Positions 1-14,199 of a stretch of DNA of 64,000 nucleotides are shown in pieces; within the stretch, counting starts at the first letter, position 1; each line of letters opens with the position of its first letter. This DNA is from Octopus vulgaris. Its lineage: Eukaryota. The stretch spans positions 63,550,001 through 63,614,000 of the forward strand of contig OX597821.1 in NCBI GenBank assembly GCA_951406725.2, written 5' to 3'. The translations under genes and the position numbers were made by a program. Under the pieces are notes generated by a model, which saw only the letters and a list, made by a program, of their open reading frames with translations, ran no database searches and had not been told where the DNA came from.

Positions 1-1065
1 CTGGCGATGGCAAACATAAGTTCTTTCAAAATAATATTGAATTAGTCGTTGTAAATGACTGCCCAAATACCTTCAAATAAAACAACTGTTCATTAGAATG
101 TTTTTTTCTATTCAAATTTAATATGTATTTTCTTTAATTCTCTGTCTTATTCAATCTTGAAGTGTACGCTTTCCTGATACTTAATAGATTATTATGCAAA
201 TCTAATGTAGAGTGAAAAGCAGTACATGCTGAGTGAACATATGTTGCACAATATATGTTGTTGCTTAAATTTTGTTTTTGTTCATTTCTTCGTAAGGCCA
301 TTGAAAAGTCTGTGCTTAGACTTCATGTGTTTAAGCATTAATAGAACTAGTACCTATGTAAACAAAGAGACATATGCATCTGTTCATAAAATCAGATCTG
401 TATTTTAAATACACTGAAGCGTACGGACTTAAACAAAATATACTCACACATTAACATAGACACATTGCTCTCTCTTTTCTTTGTCTGTCTGTCTCTCTCT
501 ATGTTTCTCTCTTACACACATACACATGTATTTATAGAGAAAATATATATACGTGCATACATGTATACTGACAAAGATACATACACACATATTTATAAAT
601 ATATATATATATATATATTTATAAATAATGTGTATGATTAAGCTAATCTATGATTAAGTTATAGATTTTGTAAAATCTAATCATATTTGTCAAAAATAGT
701 GGAGGTAAGACATTATAAATTTGTAAGAAGTTTCTTCATGCATGCGATCGTTTTATACATAGATACAAATTCATTTCTAAGATTTGAAAATATCAAAGTA
801 CTCATCAGTACAGAACTTAAAAAAGAGCAAAGAAGTTGGATCTATGGGCTTCATGTCTATTTGTTCCTATCCCTGTGTAATAGTGATGGGCGTCATGTCA
901 ATTATTAAACCGCAACTAACCGATGAACGGTTAGGGGATGATATGAATATATATACATACAACAATGCCTTTCATCTTTTAAAAACCTAATTTATCATAG
1001 AAATTGATATAATCGACTAAACTCCTCGCTTAAAATTGCTGGGTTGTACAAAAATATGAAATTAA

Positions 1066-1280
1066 AGTTGGCATCGGGCAGAGTCGTTAGCACGCCGGAC
1101 AAATTGCTCAGTAACATTACATTCGCTTTAAGATCTGGATTGAAATTCAGCCGAGTTCGATTTTACGTTTCATTTTTTCGGGCCCAGCTAAATAAGTACC
1201 ATTCGGGAATTGGAGTCGATGTAATCTACGACAACCTGCCCACCAATTTTTCAGTCCTTATGCCTATAGTAAAAAAGGAA
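1066..1280 (+). mobile_element. Degenerate tRNA-derived SINE (family B of this window)
   Basis: Similar to the clearer copy at 8308-8540 (ggcagagtcgttagcacgccgg...aaataagtacc). Confidence 0.6.
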
Positions 1281-1511
1281 TATGGTTATTATTTTGGCAG
1301 TATACTCGGAGAATCTGAGAATGTTAGAGGGAATGACTTAAGGTTTTTGTCGTGGTTGTTTACGCTTTGTGTTCAAATCTCCTCACATTCAAATTTTTCA
1401 TTCGTATATCCGGGGTCGATGAAGTACAGTATTCATTATTGGGATCTATTCCAAATATAGAAATGATTACTGTTCTTGTTTATGTAAAGCACCCGTATTC
1501 GTGGCTTTCTA

Positions 1512-2075
1512 TTGGGTTTTCCGGAAAGTTCGTGACGATTTATAGTAGCTTACCTTTCGGCCTATTTCAGAACATGGTAGAGTCCATAAAATAGGATTTG
1601 ACTACACCTCCATTTAGAGAACAGTTTAAGCTATCTTTCCGTGGAAGAAGGTTTATGTTCCTATAACCTGTGTTAATTCTGTAACCTTTTAAAATGGAAG
1701 ATAAGAAAGTTCATTTTCGGCACTTGATGCTTTGTAAGCAGACAAAAATTGCTGCATATCGGCTGGGACGTGTTACCCCACACTCCATATTCACCAGATA
1801 TTGCTCCTTCGGATTTCTACTTATTGAGGTCTCTGCAGAATAGTCTTAATGATAAAAATTTCAATTCCTTGGATGACATAAAAAGATACCTTGATGAATT
1901 CTTTGCCATGAAACCACCTCAATTCTAGGAAGAGGGTATTTTCCAGTTAAGGGAAAGCTGGAGGCGCATTGTGCAACAAAATGGTTCATATTTGGTTGAT
2001 TAAAAATGTAATGGCAATATTTATTGACATTTTACTTTGCTTTAAAAATCGGCACGGACTTTCCGGACAACCCAA
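1512..2075 (+). mobile_element. Internally deleted mariner transposon (mellifera-like)
   Basis: TIRs ttgggttttccggaaagttcgtg / cacggactttccggacaacccaa flanked by TA. N-terminus MEDKKVHFRHLML (1694) is fused to the C-terminus GWDVLPHTPYSPDIAPSDFYL...QNGSY, which holds the mariner YSPDLAPSD motif and one internal stop. Confidence 0.9.
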
Positions 2076-2450
2076 TATTTATACCAGAAATGATTATCAC
2101 TACCCTGCTGATGCTAGAAAGAATTCTTACCTCGCTGGATCAGTAGGAGGAAATGTTTAGCGGCATTTCTTCCACTTTTTTTAATTATGAGTTCAAATCC
2201 CGTCGTGGTGCACATTACCTTTTGACATTTCGGGGTCGATCAAATAAGAACCGGGCTAGCATTGAGTTTGATGCAATTCATTTGCCCCACCCCACAATAT
2301 TGCGCACATAGATTTGTACACATAGTACATTTACTAATTATCACTTATATTATTTGGCGAGGAATTACAGTATCGGTCGGGCATCGCAATGAAACCATGT
2401 AATATTAATATATTTGCGACAGAGACGGTATTAATACCGAGGTATAATAT

Positions 2451-2625
2451 TTATCCTCCACTTAACCGTGGATGTTCTTTTAGAACAAACTATGCAGGGG
2501 TAGATACCGCGAGAGAAACTCTCATATTGATAATATAAATAAAAGCCAATATGAGAAGTTCTCTCGTGGTATCCACCGCTGTATAGTTTGTTCTATAAGA
2601 ACATGCACGTTTAAGAGAGATAAAT
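2451..2625. repeat. Diverged fold-back inverted repeat (~80 bp arms)
   Basis: cttaaccgtggatgttcttttagaacaaactat...ctcatattg is complementary to caatatgag...atagtttgttctataagaacatgcacgtttaag. Confidence 0.65.
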
Positions 2626-2719
2626 GTAAAATTTATCAGTTTAAATCAGTTCAAATACATCCCACGTTTTCCTTTATTTATCTTTTATAATTGGATTAAA
2701 TAGATACCAGCCTAGAAGT

Positions 2720-3090
2720 AGTGTGTTCAGTCTCCCAGCGAGGCGACTTGAGTAAGAGTCTTCTGCTATAGCCTCAGGCCGACGAAAACCTTGTGAGTCG
2801 ATTCAGTAGACGGAAACTATAAAAAGCCCGACGTATATATATATATATAACGGGAAAGTTTACGAAAATAAACAAAAGACTAAGGCAGGTGGAGTACAAA
2901 CAAACAAATGTATTAGTATAGCGCTCAGAAATAGAAATAGAAAAAGTCTTTTACGTTTCGAGCCTACGCTCTTCGACAGAAAAAAAAGGAGAGAAAAAAA
3001 TGCGTGTAGGAGCTAACGATCTATCATGGCGTCCTGATATATATATTTGTGTGTGTGTTTGTTTGTTTCCCCATCACTACTTGACTACCG
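2720..3090 (+). mobile_element. SINE family C, interrupted in its internal (TA)n by a family-D insert
   Basis: tcttctgctatagcctcaggccgac...gtagacggaaact...gcccgacg(TA)n matches the copy at 58284-58675; the SINE resumes at ~3045. Confidence 0.65.
2848..3035 (-). mobile_element. Short HHR-bearing (TA)n insert, family D (PLE 3'-end-like)
   Basis: Near-identical to 16095-16298, 27465-27630 and 49990-50190; HHR-like motif at 2948-2982. Confidence 0.7.
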
Positions 3091-3281
3091 AATAAAATGC
3101 TTAGCAGGATTTAATCCGACTTTACGTTCTGAGCTGAAATTCCGCCGGGGTCGGCTTTGCCTTTCACCATTTCGGAGTCGATAAAATAAGTATCAATTGA
3201 ATACTAGAGTCGATATAATTGATTTACCCCTTACCCGAAATTGCTGGCCTTTGAAATCAAGAAAACATCAAACAAAGACTA

Positions 3282-3480
3282 CAGTGAGCTGGCAGAATCG
3301 TTAGCATGCCGGGCAAAATGCTTAGCGCCATTTCGTCCGCCTGCATGTTCTCAGTTCAAATTCTACCGAGGCCATTTATCCTTCCGGGGTCGACAAAATA
3401 AGTACTAGTTAAGCTTTGGGGTCAGTGTAATTGATTCAGCTCCGACCCCGAAACTGCTGGCCTTGAGCCACAATTTGAAA
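3282..3480 (+). mobile_element. SINE family B
   Basis: gagctggcagaatcgttagcatgccgggc...cagttcaaattc (B-box-like)...ggggtcgacaaaataagtac. Confidence 0.75.
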
Positions 3481-3659
3481 TACTCTTTTCACTTTCCTCT
3501 AAATTTGTACCTTTTTGCCAATGTCAGAAACTTTTAGATTCCTGATTCGCAAATAAATTAGATAAGAATATACACGGCTGCCCATTCTTGATATTCTCTC
3601 TCCATTATTTATGTTGCTTTGTTTTATTTTTAAAAATTTTGTTTTTTGTTTCATCTGAA

Positions 3660-3990
3660 CGTGGCACTCCATCGGTTACGACGATGATGTTTCCAGTTGA
3701 TCTGATCAACGGAACAGCCTGCTCGCGAAATTAACGTGCAGGTGGCTGAGCACTCCACAGTCACGTGTACCCTAGTTCTCAGGATGTGACAAGGCTGGCC
3801 CTTTGAAATACCGGTACAACAGAAACAGTGAGAGATAGTTGTGGTGAAAGAGTACCGCAGGGTTCGCCACTACCCCCTGCAGGAGCCTCGTGGAACTTTA
3901 GGAGTTTTCGCTCAATAAACACTCTGGGAATCGAAACCGCGTTCCTACGACCGCAAGTCCGTTGCCCTAACCACTTGAAGGCGGCTCCAC
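3660..3990 (-). mobile_element. tRNA-derived SINE (family A)
   Basis: Reverse complement begins agtggttagggcaacggacttgcggtcgtaggaacgcggtttcgattcc, the same head as 42406; the body matches 48870-49137. Confidence 0.8.
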
Positions 3991-4569
3991 ATTTGTTTCA
4001 TCTATATGACATCAAGTAAGATGTAAACTTATACTCTATGAAAGTACAAATTACGAGAACGGTCTGGGCATCTATTGCAACCGAAAACTAAGAAATAATG
4101 TATGATTGTGAATTAATAGGTCGCTCTTTTAAGTTTGCTGACACATGTCACCATCAACTGCTACTAAAAACTATATGTTGTCGTTCCTCATCGCCTCTAT
4201 GCCCTACCACTGAGTCATTAAAGCGAGCGAATTTAGCATAAATTATTGCCATGAATCCAAACAACATTACTGCTGCGACAGAACTAAATAAATACTGTAA
4301 GTCATAAATTTGTACCAAATTCGGTTAATTTACATTCGCTTCTACTGGGAACATACGTAAAGAAAGCAGAAAAATCTGCTGTAGCTATATGCTAATATAA
4401 TCATGTATATGTGTATATGAGCTGGGTTTTCAAAATTTTATTTTGATGGTAAACATTTCTTGCAAGGCATTATTTGTTAACTGTTACCGTCGAATACCCA
4501 CGCCGTTCAGTTGATATAAAGTCGTTTTTTTTCTAAACAGATACTGTTGTTAAAATTATCAGTTAACGT

Positions 4570-4778
4570 AAGGCTGCGACCTGACAGAATCGATAGCACG
4601 CCAAGAAAGATGCTTAGCGGTATTCCCTCTGTTTTACGTTCTGACCTCCACCGAGGTCAATTTTGTCTTTCATCCCTCGGGGTCGATGAAAGAAGTTCCA
4701 GTTGTGCACTAGGATGAATTTAATCATTTAACCCCATTTTTATCAAAATTGCAGGTCTTGTCCCTATTGTAGAAAGGA
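4570..4778 (+). mobile_element. SINE family B (degenerate)
   Basis: aaggctgcgacctgacagaatcgatagcacgcc...catccctcggggtcgat. Confidence 0.65.
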
Positions 4779-4849
4779 TATTTATCGTTAGCCTCGGGTC
4801 AACTCTAATCAAAAACATATAAACACGATCACTTTGTGCCCTATGTGTG

Positions 4850-5047
<198 letters not shown>

Positions 5048-6635
5048 CGAAGTACAGTATTATACTGAGTGTATCAAAGCCTTGCAACCGTTGTTGCATT
5101 TTAGTCAAGTAGTCCTAAGTTCAACATATTCAAGGAATAAACTTCCTGTTTTACCGTACACAATAATTCTCTTCCCCTTTTTAGAGGTTAATATGTGGTT
5201 ATACCAGAATTTGACTGCCATTTCCAGTAATTTGAGCAGCGATATAGTAACCTACACTTGAATGACTCGAACCAATATTTCAGTAGGCTTCACGTAGGTC
5301 TAATCCGCTGTTTTAGCCACAAGGCCTGCAATTATGATGGGAGAGTATTATTCGAAACCATCAGGGTAGAACGTAGCTCATACGTTATTTTAGCAACCCC
5401 GAGGCAAAAAGGAAAATGGCAAGTTGTGCGCTGAATAATGTGAAGTCAGAACGTAAACCGCTGGGAGGTATACGACAAGTCATCATTTTCCCAACTCCCA
5501 GCCCGTTGCATTACGCGTGTCCCTCAATTCTTTGAAGCTTTTGATGTTGTTGCCAAATCCGAGATCGATTCTGATTAAGCCAACCCATGAGCGAATTGTG
5601 TTTGCTATAACCATTCCCTCTTTCTATTTATGAAGGGCTATGCTGCTCATGTGGTAAAACGTCTTTGTGCGCTTTGAAGGAAATTTGAAGGAACAATCTT
5701 TCGTTGTTCCACCAATCAACAAGTGTTAGGTTCGTTCGGCTCATAATGACACGCACCAATTAGTACCACCACTTAACTTTTAGGGTTGTTTACATAAGCT
5801 TTCATTCATGGCCATTTATTCCATTATTCTTTCACGTTTTTAACTGCGGCCAAGCTGGGACAACGCCTATAAGTGTTTAGTCGATCAAAAGCAGGTCCAA
5901 TAGATATTTTGATTATTCTATCGCTCTCTCTCTCTCTTTACTTAACCGCTGTCACACGGGAACCTAAACAAATCTGTATATCTTTTCAAGTGGTGAAAGG
6001 CAAGCACAATACATACGTGCGCGCGCATATACACACACATGCACACACGTACTGACAACAAATTCTCTCCTCCAAATTCACTATCAATACATAAGAAAGT
6101 CCACGGCTATGGCAAACACTACTTGCTCAAATTGCTGTGTAGGTGAGCCGGTCCCAACATCCGAAGGTTTGAAGAAACTTTCGTAACCACACAAATATGC
6201 CTACATATTACTCATAGAAATATCTACGAACAACAAAAAACAATACAACAGTATAACATCTCGCCTCCATCTTGTATTTATTTTATTGATTTGGTTTTAA
6301 GAAAGTGGCTGTGCACCCTGCATTCATCGATCTCCTTTCAATATCATGTAGAGATTAACGTGAAGCATGGCATTGGAGACCAATATTAAATGACATGAGA
6401 AGGTGAGAGAAAATGAGGCAGTAGTGCCAGACTAGTGGTGCTGGGGGGGCTTGGAATCTCCTTCGAACAGAGGCCTTTATTGTTATTAATAAATAATAAA
6501 GAAATCATTATAGCAGTAAAAAGCTCAAAAGAGGCCAGAATAAGGAGACAGCGCTTCTAGTTTTAGCGGGACTATATGTGCTGGTGTACAACTTCAAGTC
6601 GTGCTTTTCATGAAGTCATATGCTTTTATGTACAA

Positions 6636-6653
6636 TAAATAATAATAATAACA

Positions 6654-6714
<61 letters not shown>

Positions 6715-6730
6715 TGATGATGATGATGAT

Positions 6731-6800
<70 letters not shown>
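6636..6800. repeat. (AAT)n/(GAT)n microsatellite
   Basis: Direct inspection; possibly the tail of a degraded LINE immediately upstream. Confidence 0.95.
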
Positions 6801-7684
6801 TTGATGTTCTAAATTGAGGCCCCCTCAACCCAAAAAGGATTAAAAGGGAAGAAGGCGAGCAACAATAGTTGCCTGCCGAAGGACCCTAAGGCTTCGGTAG
6901 GTGGGTGAGAGACTCCGGACAAAGCGGAAGAGCTCCACTCTCCCGAAGTCAGGAAGAAATGAAAAAAAGAAAGAAGAACTGGTCATTGCCCGGGGGTGGG
7001 GTTGATGTGCATGTCCCGAAGTTGTACCACCCACGCTGGAAAAAACGACCCCCACCCTTAAAGATGATGAATTAATTATCTTTTTCTACAAGGGCGGGAG
7101 TGGAAAAAGTAGTAGAAGAACATAAAGAGACAGTATATATGCCTTTCACACGGGATCCCGAATGGCCTCCGCAGATATCTGCGGAGGTCATAAGGTTTCC
7201 CTTGTGGGAAAGGCTTAAAGGATTTGGGGAGGAGTGTCGCATATGGCCGGGTGGCCCTTACACGACTTACGTGCCCTACATGAGTGAGGCATGGGAAATT
7301 GACGGGATACAGGAACTCAAGCGGCATTGAAGATAATGATGAATATATCGATGGATATATCAATGAGCAGGAGGTGAAGAAGCCTCGTTAGAGGGTTTGA
7401 AACCTCATCTTATTGTATTATTTGTAGTGGTTTATAACCTCAATTGCGTGTTTAAAAAACAAAACATGTTACGTAAGAGGTTTTAGTGCATCTTCCTTGT
7501 AAGAGGTTTGAAACCTCATATTGATATTTAAAAGAAAGAAAATATGTTTTCGAGAAAAATCCAATCGGCGGGTGTTGAGTTTCGTCTCTCATTTATTCAT
7601 TTTATTTCATTTTCATTCATTAATGTGTTTTTCCAGCCCGCAAAGCTACACAATCTTTGTACTGTCTATATGACAAATTTTATG

Positions 7685-7828
7685 AAATAAGTAGCTTGCT
7701 TACCGACCACATGGGCCCTGGTACAGTCCTACAGCATGCCATCTTGGGCAAGTGCCTTCTACTGTAGCCTCGAGCTGACTTAAGTCTTGTAAGTGGATTT
7801 GGTGGACGGAAACTGAAAGAAGCCCGTC

Positions 7829-7860
<32 letters not shown>

Positions 7861-8095
7861 GTGTGTGTGTGTATCTCTATCTGCGTGTTTGTGTGTGTGC
7901 ATGTTTGTGTGTCTGTGTTTGTCCCCCTCCACCATCGCTCGACAGCCGATATTGATGTGTTTACTTAGTGGTTCTCAGTGGTTCGGCAAAAAAATGAATA
8001 ATAGAATAAGTACTAGGCTTACAAAGAATAAGTCTTGGAGGGCGGTCCTCCAGCGTGGTCGCAGTCAAATGATTGAAACAAGTAAAAGAATAAAA

Positions 8096-8098
<3 letters not shown>
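7685..8098 (+). mobile_element. SINE family C with internal (TA)n/(TG)n
   Basis: aagtagcttgcttaccgaccacatgg...gacggaaactgaaagaagcccgtcg(TA)n...gcagtcaaatgattgaaacaagtaaaaga; matches 58284-58675. Confidence 0.85.
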
Positions 8099-8147
<49 letters not shown>

Positions 8148-8307
8148 GGGGGAGAGGGGGAGGAAGGGAGAGAGAGGTTATGAAAGGATAATGGTATCAT
8201 TTAGACCCAACGATATCAGGTAATGCTGAATAACTGCTATAGATAGACCGTAGTTAAACTCCATGTTCGGTGATTATGCGAATATATATATATGTATATA
8301 TATATTA

Positions 8308-8540
8308 AAGTCGGCGAGGTGGCAGAAACGTTAGTGCGCCGGGCGAAACGCTTAGCGGTATTTCGTCTGTCGTTACATTCTGAGTTCAAATTACGCCGAG
8401 GTCGACTTTGCCTTTCATCCCTTTCGGGGACGATAAATAAAGTACCAGTTGCGTACTGAGGTCGATATAATCGACTTAATCCCTTTGTCTGTCTTTGTTT
8501 GTCCCCTCTACGTTTAGCCCCTTGTGGGTAGTAAAGAAAT
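8308..8540 (+). mobile_element. SINE family B
   Basis: ggcgaggtggcagaaacgttag...gagttcaaat (B-box-like)...gtcgactttgcctttcatccctttcgggg; more than 10 copies in the window. Confidence 0.85.
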
Positions 8541-8567
8541 ATATATATATGTATATATATATGTTTT

Positions 8568-8612
<45 letters not shown>

Positions 8613-9901
8613 TACAAATCGAGAACAATACTTGGAATTTTCCTCCTGGGATGTAACATAGATACGAAGTTAAAATGTTTCAAAAGCAAATTTAATGTAT
8701 AGCAATTCGGGGTGGGGATGGGGGAAATAAATAATAGAAAACTAAAATAAAATCATTAAATCAGGAATATCTATATACTGCCATGGAATGAGAAAGCTAT
8801 AAGACGTTAAGAAAAAAATAGAAGAAGAAGAAGAAGAAGAAGAAGAAGAAGAAGAAGAAGAAAAAGAAGAAGAAATCAAAGGAATAGTAAATCAACAGGA
8901 TTTGATCTGTAATTAGATCCTTATATATATATCTGTGTGTGTGTGTCCATGTATGTATGTATGTATGTATGTATGCATATGTGTATACATACATACACAC
9001 ACACTTATATATGTATGTATGTTTATGTGTGTGAGAACATGTGCGTGAGTGTGTGCATGTGTACGTGTGTGTATGCCTGCGTGTGTGTGTAAATGTATAT
9101 AATAATGTATTGGTTTTATTGTTTCTGACTGTCTGCTTCAGCTAGATAAGCCCGCACATACACGTATATATTATACATCACATACATACACACACACACA
9201 TATATGTGCGTGTGTGTGTGTGTAGCGTGTGTATACATGTACACAGAGAAAGAGAGACTGTTTCAACAAACCCCCTTATAGAAGTAAAACCAACTCACCC
9301 TCACCCGCATTACTTTCATATGTCTGTTATAAATATCTAGATCAAGGGAGCCATCAAATAACGAGGTTCTTAATTTCACTGGGGTTTCAATGTAATTTAC
9401 TGATGTTATATATTCTGAATATATTTTCTTAATTTCAAACAAACGGTAACAAAATAAACGGGAAAACTTGTAAAAGCGACCAGGAATCATATAAATTGCT
9501 TAGAGGATTCCAATAATTGCTACATTTAATTTTGTATGATTTCCTCCTGTATGAAGAAGTAATGTAGAACAAAGGTTTTTAATCGAAAGATCCAACAGGG
9601 TCAATAGGCGGAGCTGTTAGAGCTTCGAAGATAACGACTTGCAGATTTCTTATCAGCTCTTTATGCTCCAATTTCAAATCCATTTCAGCTCAGCTCAGGT
9701 CAATTTAAACTTTTCTATCTTTGCTAAATTAATCACGAGTCGCGAGTGGTGAAGAGGCGGTGTTGGGGAAACGTTGGTCTGCTGGCTTGCTGTCTCTGTT
9801 CAGTTTCTCTGCATCTGACGATGAAAATTGCACTGATTATTTTTGTCAAGCTTTTACCAGATGCTGCGGCAATCTCTTTCTGTCTGTCAGTCTCTCTCCC
9901 G

Positions 9902-9954
<53 letters not shown>

Positions 9955-9970
9955 CTCATATATATGTATA

Positions 9971-10176
9971 TACAAATTAAGAAGAATGACCACCAAAGTG
10001 GATTCCTAATATGCTAGAGATAGACGTGGCAAGGCAATTTGACGTCTATCTTTAGAATATCAGGAATCCACTTTGGTGGTCATTCCTCATAATTTGTGTG
10101 TAATATAATTTTTAATCTTCAGATTTTTTAGATATGCTAAGCCAGTGGTTTTAATTGATTAATATCAATTTCTACC

Positions 10177-10180
<4 letters not shown>
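9971..10180 (+). mobile_element. Fold-back insert ending in (TA)n (probable 5'-inverted PLE 3' end)
   Basis: Arms 9971-10027 / 10042-10098 are complementary, followed by an unpaired tail and then (TA)n. Confidence 0.55.
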
Positions 10181-10233
<53 letters not shown>

Positions 10234-10884
10234 GTGTGTATGTGTGTGTGTATCAGATATGACAATCTGTTGATGGCTCAGCTGATTTTATCTTCGAAAT
10301 CACTCTCAATACTATTATTGTTAAAAAATAATAAATTTATATTCTGTCAAATACCTTGAGTAATCCTTCAGGTTAATGTAAAACTGTTTCCATTATAAAA
10401 TGCAAACAATACATGCATATATGTGTGCGCGCGCGTGTGTATGTGTGTGTGTGTGCGTGTGCACGATGACATTGCGTAGTTTTCACGTACCAAATTCATT
10501 CACAAAACTTTGGTCGACGCAATGTTACAGTAGAAGACGCCTGTCGAAAATGCAACTCTGTAGTAGGACTAAACTTGAACCTACGTAGCTGCAATGCTTT
10601 TCCTGCACCCATGATGTAATAATATAAGAATATTTTTTACGAAACTGTCATCTTCCATTACGTTTTTACGACAATCATTAAACCGTACAAGTAAAAAAAA
10701 TGCTACCTGTAATAAACAAAAGAAACAAAAAACACTATTGGCTGCATGTTTACACACGTTACTGGCAAGTCATTTTCGAATGAATTGCATGCATCCAAAC
10801 ATTAAGAATACCGAAACTATTTTACCGTTAAAGAATATGTGTGCAATATTTAGGTAAAACATTCGTACTCTCCTCTTCCTTATT

Positions 10885-11298
10885 TTCTTTATTGCCTACA
10901 AGGGGCTAAACATAGAAGGAACAAACAAGGACAGACAAACGGATTAAGTCGATTATATGTACCCCATGCGTAAATGGTACTTATTTAAACGACCCCTAAA
11001 GGATAAAAGGCAAAGTCGACCTCGGCAGAATTTGAACTCAGAACGTAACAGCAGATGTAATACCTATTTCTTTACTACCGACAAGGGGCTAAACACAGAG
11101 GGGACAAACAAGGACATACAAACGGATTAAGTCGATTATATCGACCCTAGTGCGTAACTGGTACTTATTTAATCGACTCTGAAAAGATGAAAGGCAAAGT
11201 CGACCTCAGCGGAATTTGAACTCAGAACGTAACAGCAGACGAAATACCGCTAAGCATTTCGCCCGGTGTGCTAACGTTTCTACCAGCTCGCCGCCTTA
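10885..11298 (-). mobile_element. Two tandem/nested SINE family B copies
   Basis: Reverse complement of 8308-8540 occurs twice. Confidence 0.85.
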
Positions 11299-11679
11299 TT
11301 ATATCTCCTCTTTCTTAATATATCCAATCTCAGCCCAAGCATCCTTTCCTTTGAAGCTACCTTTCTACTTGAGTCTTTCCGGTAGGTTTCTTTTGCAAGT
11401 CTTCAAGAGGTACATTAATGGCATCTATCAAGTCTCATTGAGGAAAAGCTGCGAAGTCCAAAGGCCTTATGAACTGTACATTCATCTCGACTGAGCAACT
11501 GCAAATGTGCTCCAGCATGATCGCAGTTTTAAAGCTGAAACAATTTAATGAATAGGTTAAAAATTTCAAACATCTTTTCGAATCTTCTAACAACGTTTTA
11601 CAGTCTCGTGAATGGATTAGAGCCAGTGCATCAATACATTTTCAAGGCATATCCCTTAAATTCCAAAAATGTGGGCTTC

Positions 11680-11890
11680 ACATTTTGGCACATGGAACAC
11701 GGACAGCAATTTCGAGCGAGAGTGTAAGTCGATTACATGGAGCCCAATAATCGACCGGTACTTATTTTACCAACTCCGAAAGAAAGAGAAAATCGACGTC
11801 GGCGGAATTTGAACTCAAAATGTAAAGACAGCCGAAATGTTGCTAAGCATTTTGTCCGGGACGGTAACCAATCTGCCAGCTCACCGCTCT
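11680..11890 (-). mobile_element. SINE family B
   Basis: ggcggaatttgaactc...gctaagcattt...ctgccagctcaccg. Confidence 0.7.
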
Positions 11891-13784
11891 TAAAATTCTA
11901 ATAATATCAATTTTCAAAATCCTTCATTCCCTTTCATCGAAGACACTAACTTTGATTTGAGAAAAATATATCTTGGAATCTGTCATAAATATCGTACTTT
12001 GCATGATATTTGCTGATATTGGAAGAATGTAGAAGAAATATAAAATCGGAAGCCCATGAGCGAGACTCAGTTCAGCATTTTAGCTTGTACCTCAACCATG
12101 TGAAGTGCATAAAAGCTTATCTCAACTGCATACGAAACCAGGTTTGTCTCAGTACACAGTGATATCAAATGCTCTTATCTCAGGACGCAAATTAATACCA
12201 AGTCTCAGGCAATGACGTTTTCTACAGGCACGCAGATTGAGTATTGGATCGGTAGAATCGATAAAGTCTTTGATAAAATACTTGTCTTATTTACTTTCGT
12301 TCCTAAACATTCTAACCTCAAACACTGTCAAGAATGGTTTATCATACTTCTGGGTTTGATGGAATAAAGAAATAATATAGACCTATATTCGTATTGAAAC
12401 AAGAATGGCAGAAAATTCAGGGCTTCTAATACTCATTAAAAGCGAAGTGTTGCTTCTTATTCGTTTAATACTTAAGCAACTGACGATGCAGATAATATAC
12501 TCCGTTATTTCGCCAATAGAAAAGAAAGCAAGCTAAATACAAACCAGTTCACATAGTAAAAAGATTCTATTAAAATCTAACGCTGTTGTTAGGTGCTAAT
12601 AGGATAGTGTTAGGAACAGAAGGTTAAGAAATTAACAGAGTAGGCTCATAATTAGAATTAGTAAACATGAAAGTGTAGGAACTCCGAGAAATGACATTTG
12701 AACTTCGAACACAAGATAACAGTTATATATTTCGTAATTGATACTAATCAAAGTTCCTGGACGAATTAAAAGATCAAGGAAAACTTGTTCCACACAAGTA
12801 CACACACACCCGAACACACATACACACATACATATATATACACAAGCGTTCACACACGCGTGTTTATTTTCATTCGTCGTCATTCTCATTTTCTGTGTGC
12901 GTATGTATATACACATATAATTGTATGTGTCTCTCTCTCTCTATAAATATATGTATATGTGTGTGTGTGTGTATTTCTATGTGTGACTGTGTGTGTGTGT
13001 GCGCGCGCGTGCGTTCGTGCATGCATACTGAGTCATATACATATGTATATACAGAGGAAAAGAAAGGCGCACACACGCGCATTCACACACATATACACAC
13101 ACACACAGGCTAACATACACATAACCGCACACGAATATATGTTCACATGTGTATGGATGTGTGTTCATCTTCGTATGTATTATATATATATATATGTATG
13201 CCTGTATGTATGTATGTATGTATGTATGTATGTATGTATGTATGTATGTTACAGTCAAAAGAAGGAGAAATAATTTTTATTCAATAATTTTCTCTATCGG
13301 CCAGGAAATGTAGAGGGTTAACAAGACATTAGAGATTTTTGTCTTTTTTGTTCACAGCCATTAATTTATCAGCTTTCTGAATCAGTTTATTGATTATTTA
13401 TTTGATCATAACAGAACGACACGTTTAGAAAATTAGTTTCGAAATTTATCGTTGTGATATTTATATCAAGTGGGGAAAAAAATAATCAATTATTATATGT
13501 TCTAAAAAGCAATGATGTATGTTATATTTACGATATGTGTGGACATGTGTGCTTCTGTATTGGCGAGTAGGCTCCCATATTCAATGAGTGAAAAAAAAAA
13601 AAAACAACAAATAGATTCTGTTATTTCCATCCATTCTTGATTACGTCACTTTACGCCTTGTCGACTTTACTATTCGGCTAATAATTACCAGAGAAACTAC
13701 CGGTGTTGATATAATGAAATAAAAATCGTTGAAGGTCGTACCTCTGGAATGCCGCAATGCAATATAATGATGAATTCCCATGCA

Positions 13785-13792
13785 ATTATAAA

Positions 13793-13850
<58 letters not shown>

Positions 13851-13915
13851 ATTATTGTTATTATTATCATCATTATCATCATTATTGTTGTTATTATTGT
13901 TATTGTTATTATTAG
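13785..13915. repeat. (ATT)n microsatellite
   Basis: Direct inspection. Confidence 0.9.
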
Positions 13916-13920
13916 TCTCT

Positions 13921-14058
13921 GTTCAAATTCCGGTGCGGTCGACTTTGCCTTTTATCCTTTTGGGGTCGATAAAATAAGTACCAGTAGCGTACTGGGGTCG
14001 ATGTAATCGACTAGCCCCCTTCCCCAAGATGAATCCCGTTATGGCAAAATTTGAAACC
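13921..14058 (+). mobile_element. 5'-truncated SINE family B
   Basis: gttcaaattccggtgcggtcgactttgccttttatccttttggggtcgataaaataagtacc. Confidence 0.75.
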
Positions 14059-14199
14059 ATTATTATTGTTATCATTATTATTATTGTTGCTGTTGTAGTT
14101 TTATTCTTCCTCTTATTATTATTTCTTTTTATCACAAGCTCTTATCTAATACAGTTTGGATTATTCTGCCCGTGCCAAGGAGGTAAACCATGTCTAATT

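Noticed and set aside
1044-1460. 138-aa ORF
   Set aside because: Overlaps degenerate SINE copies and has no recognisable domain.
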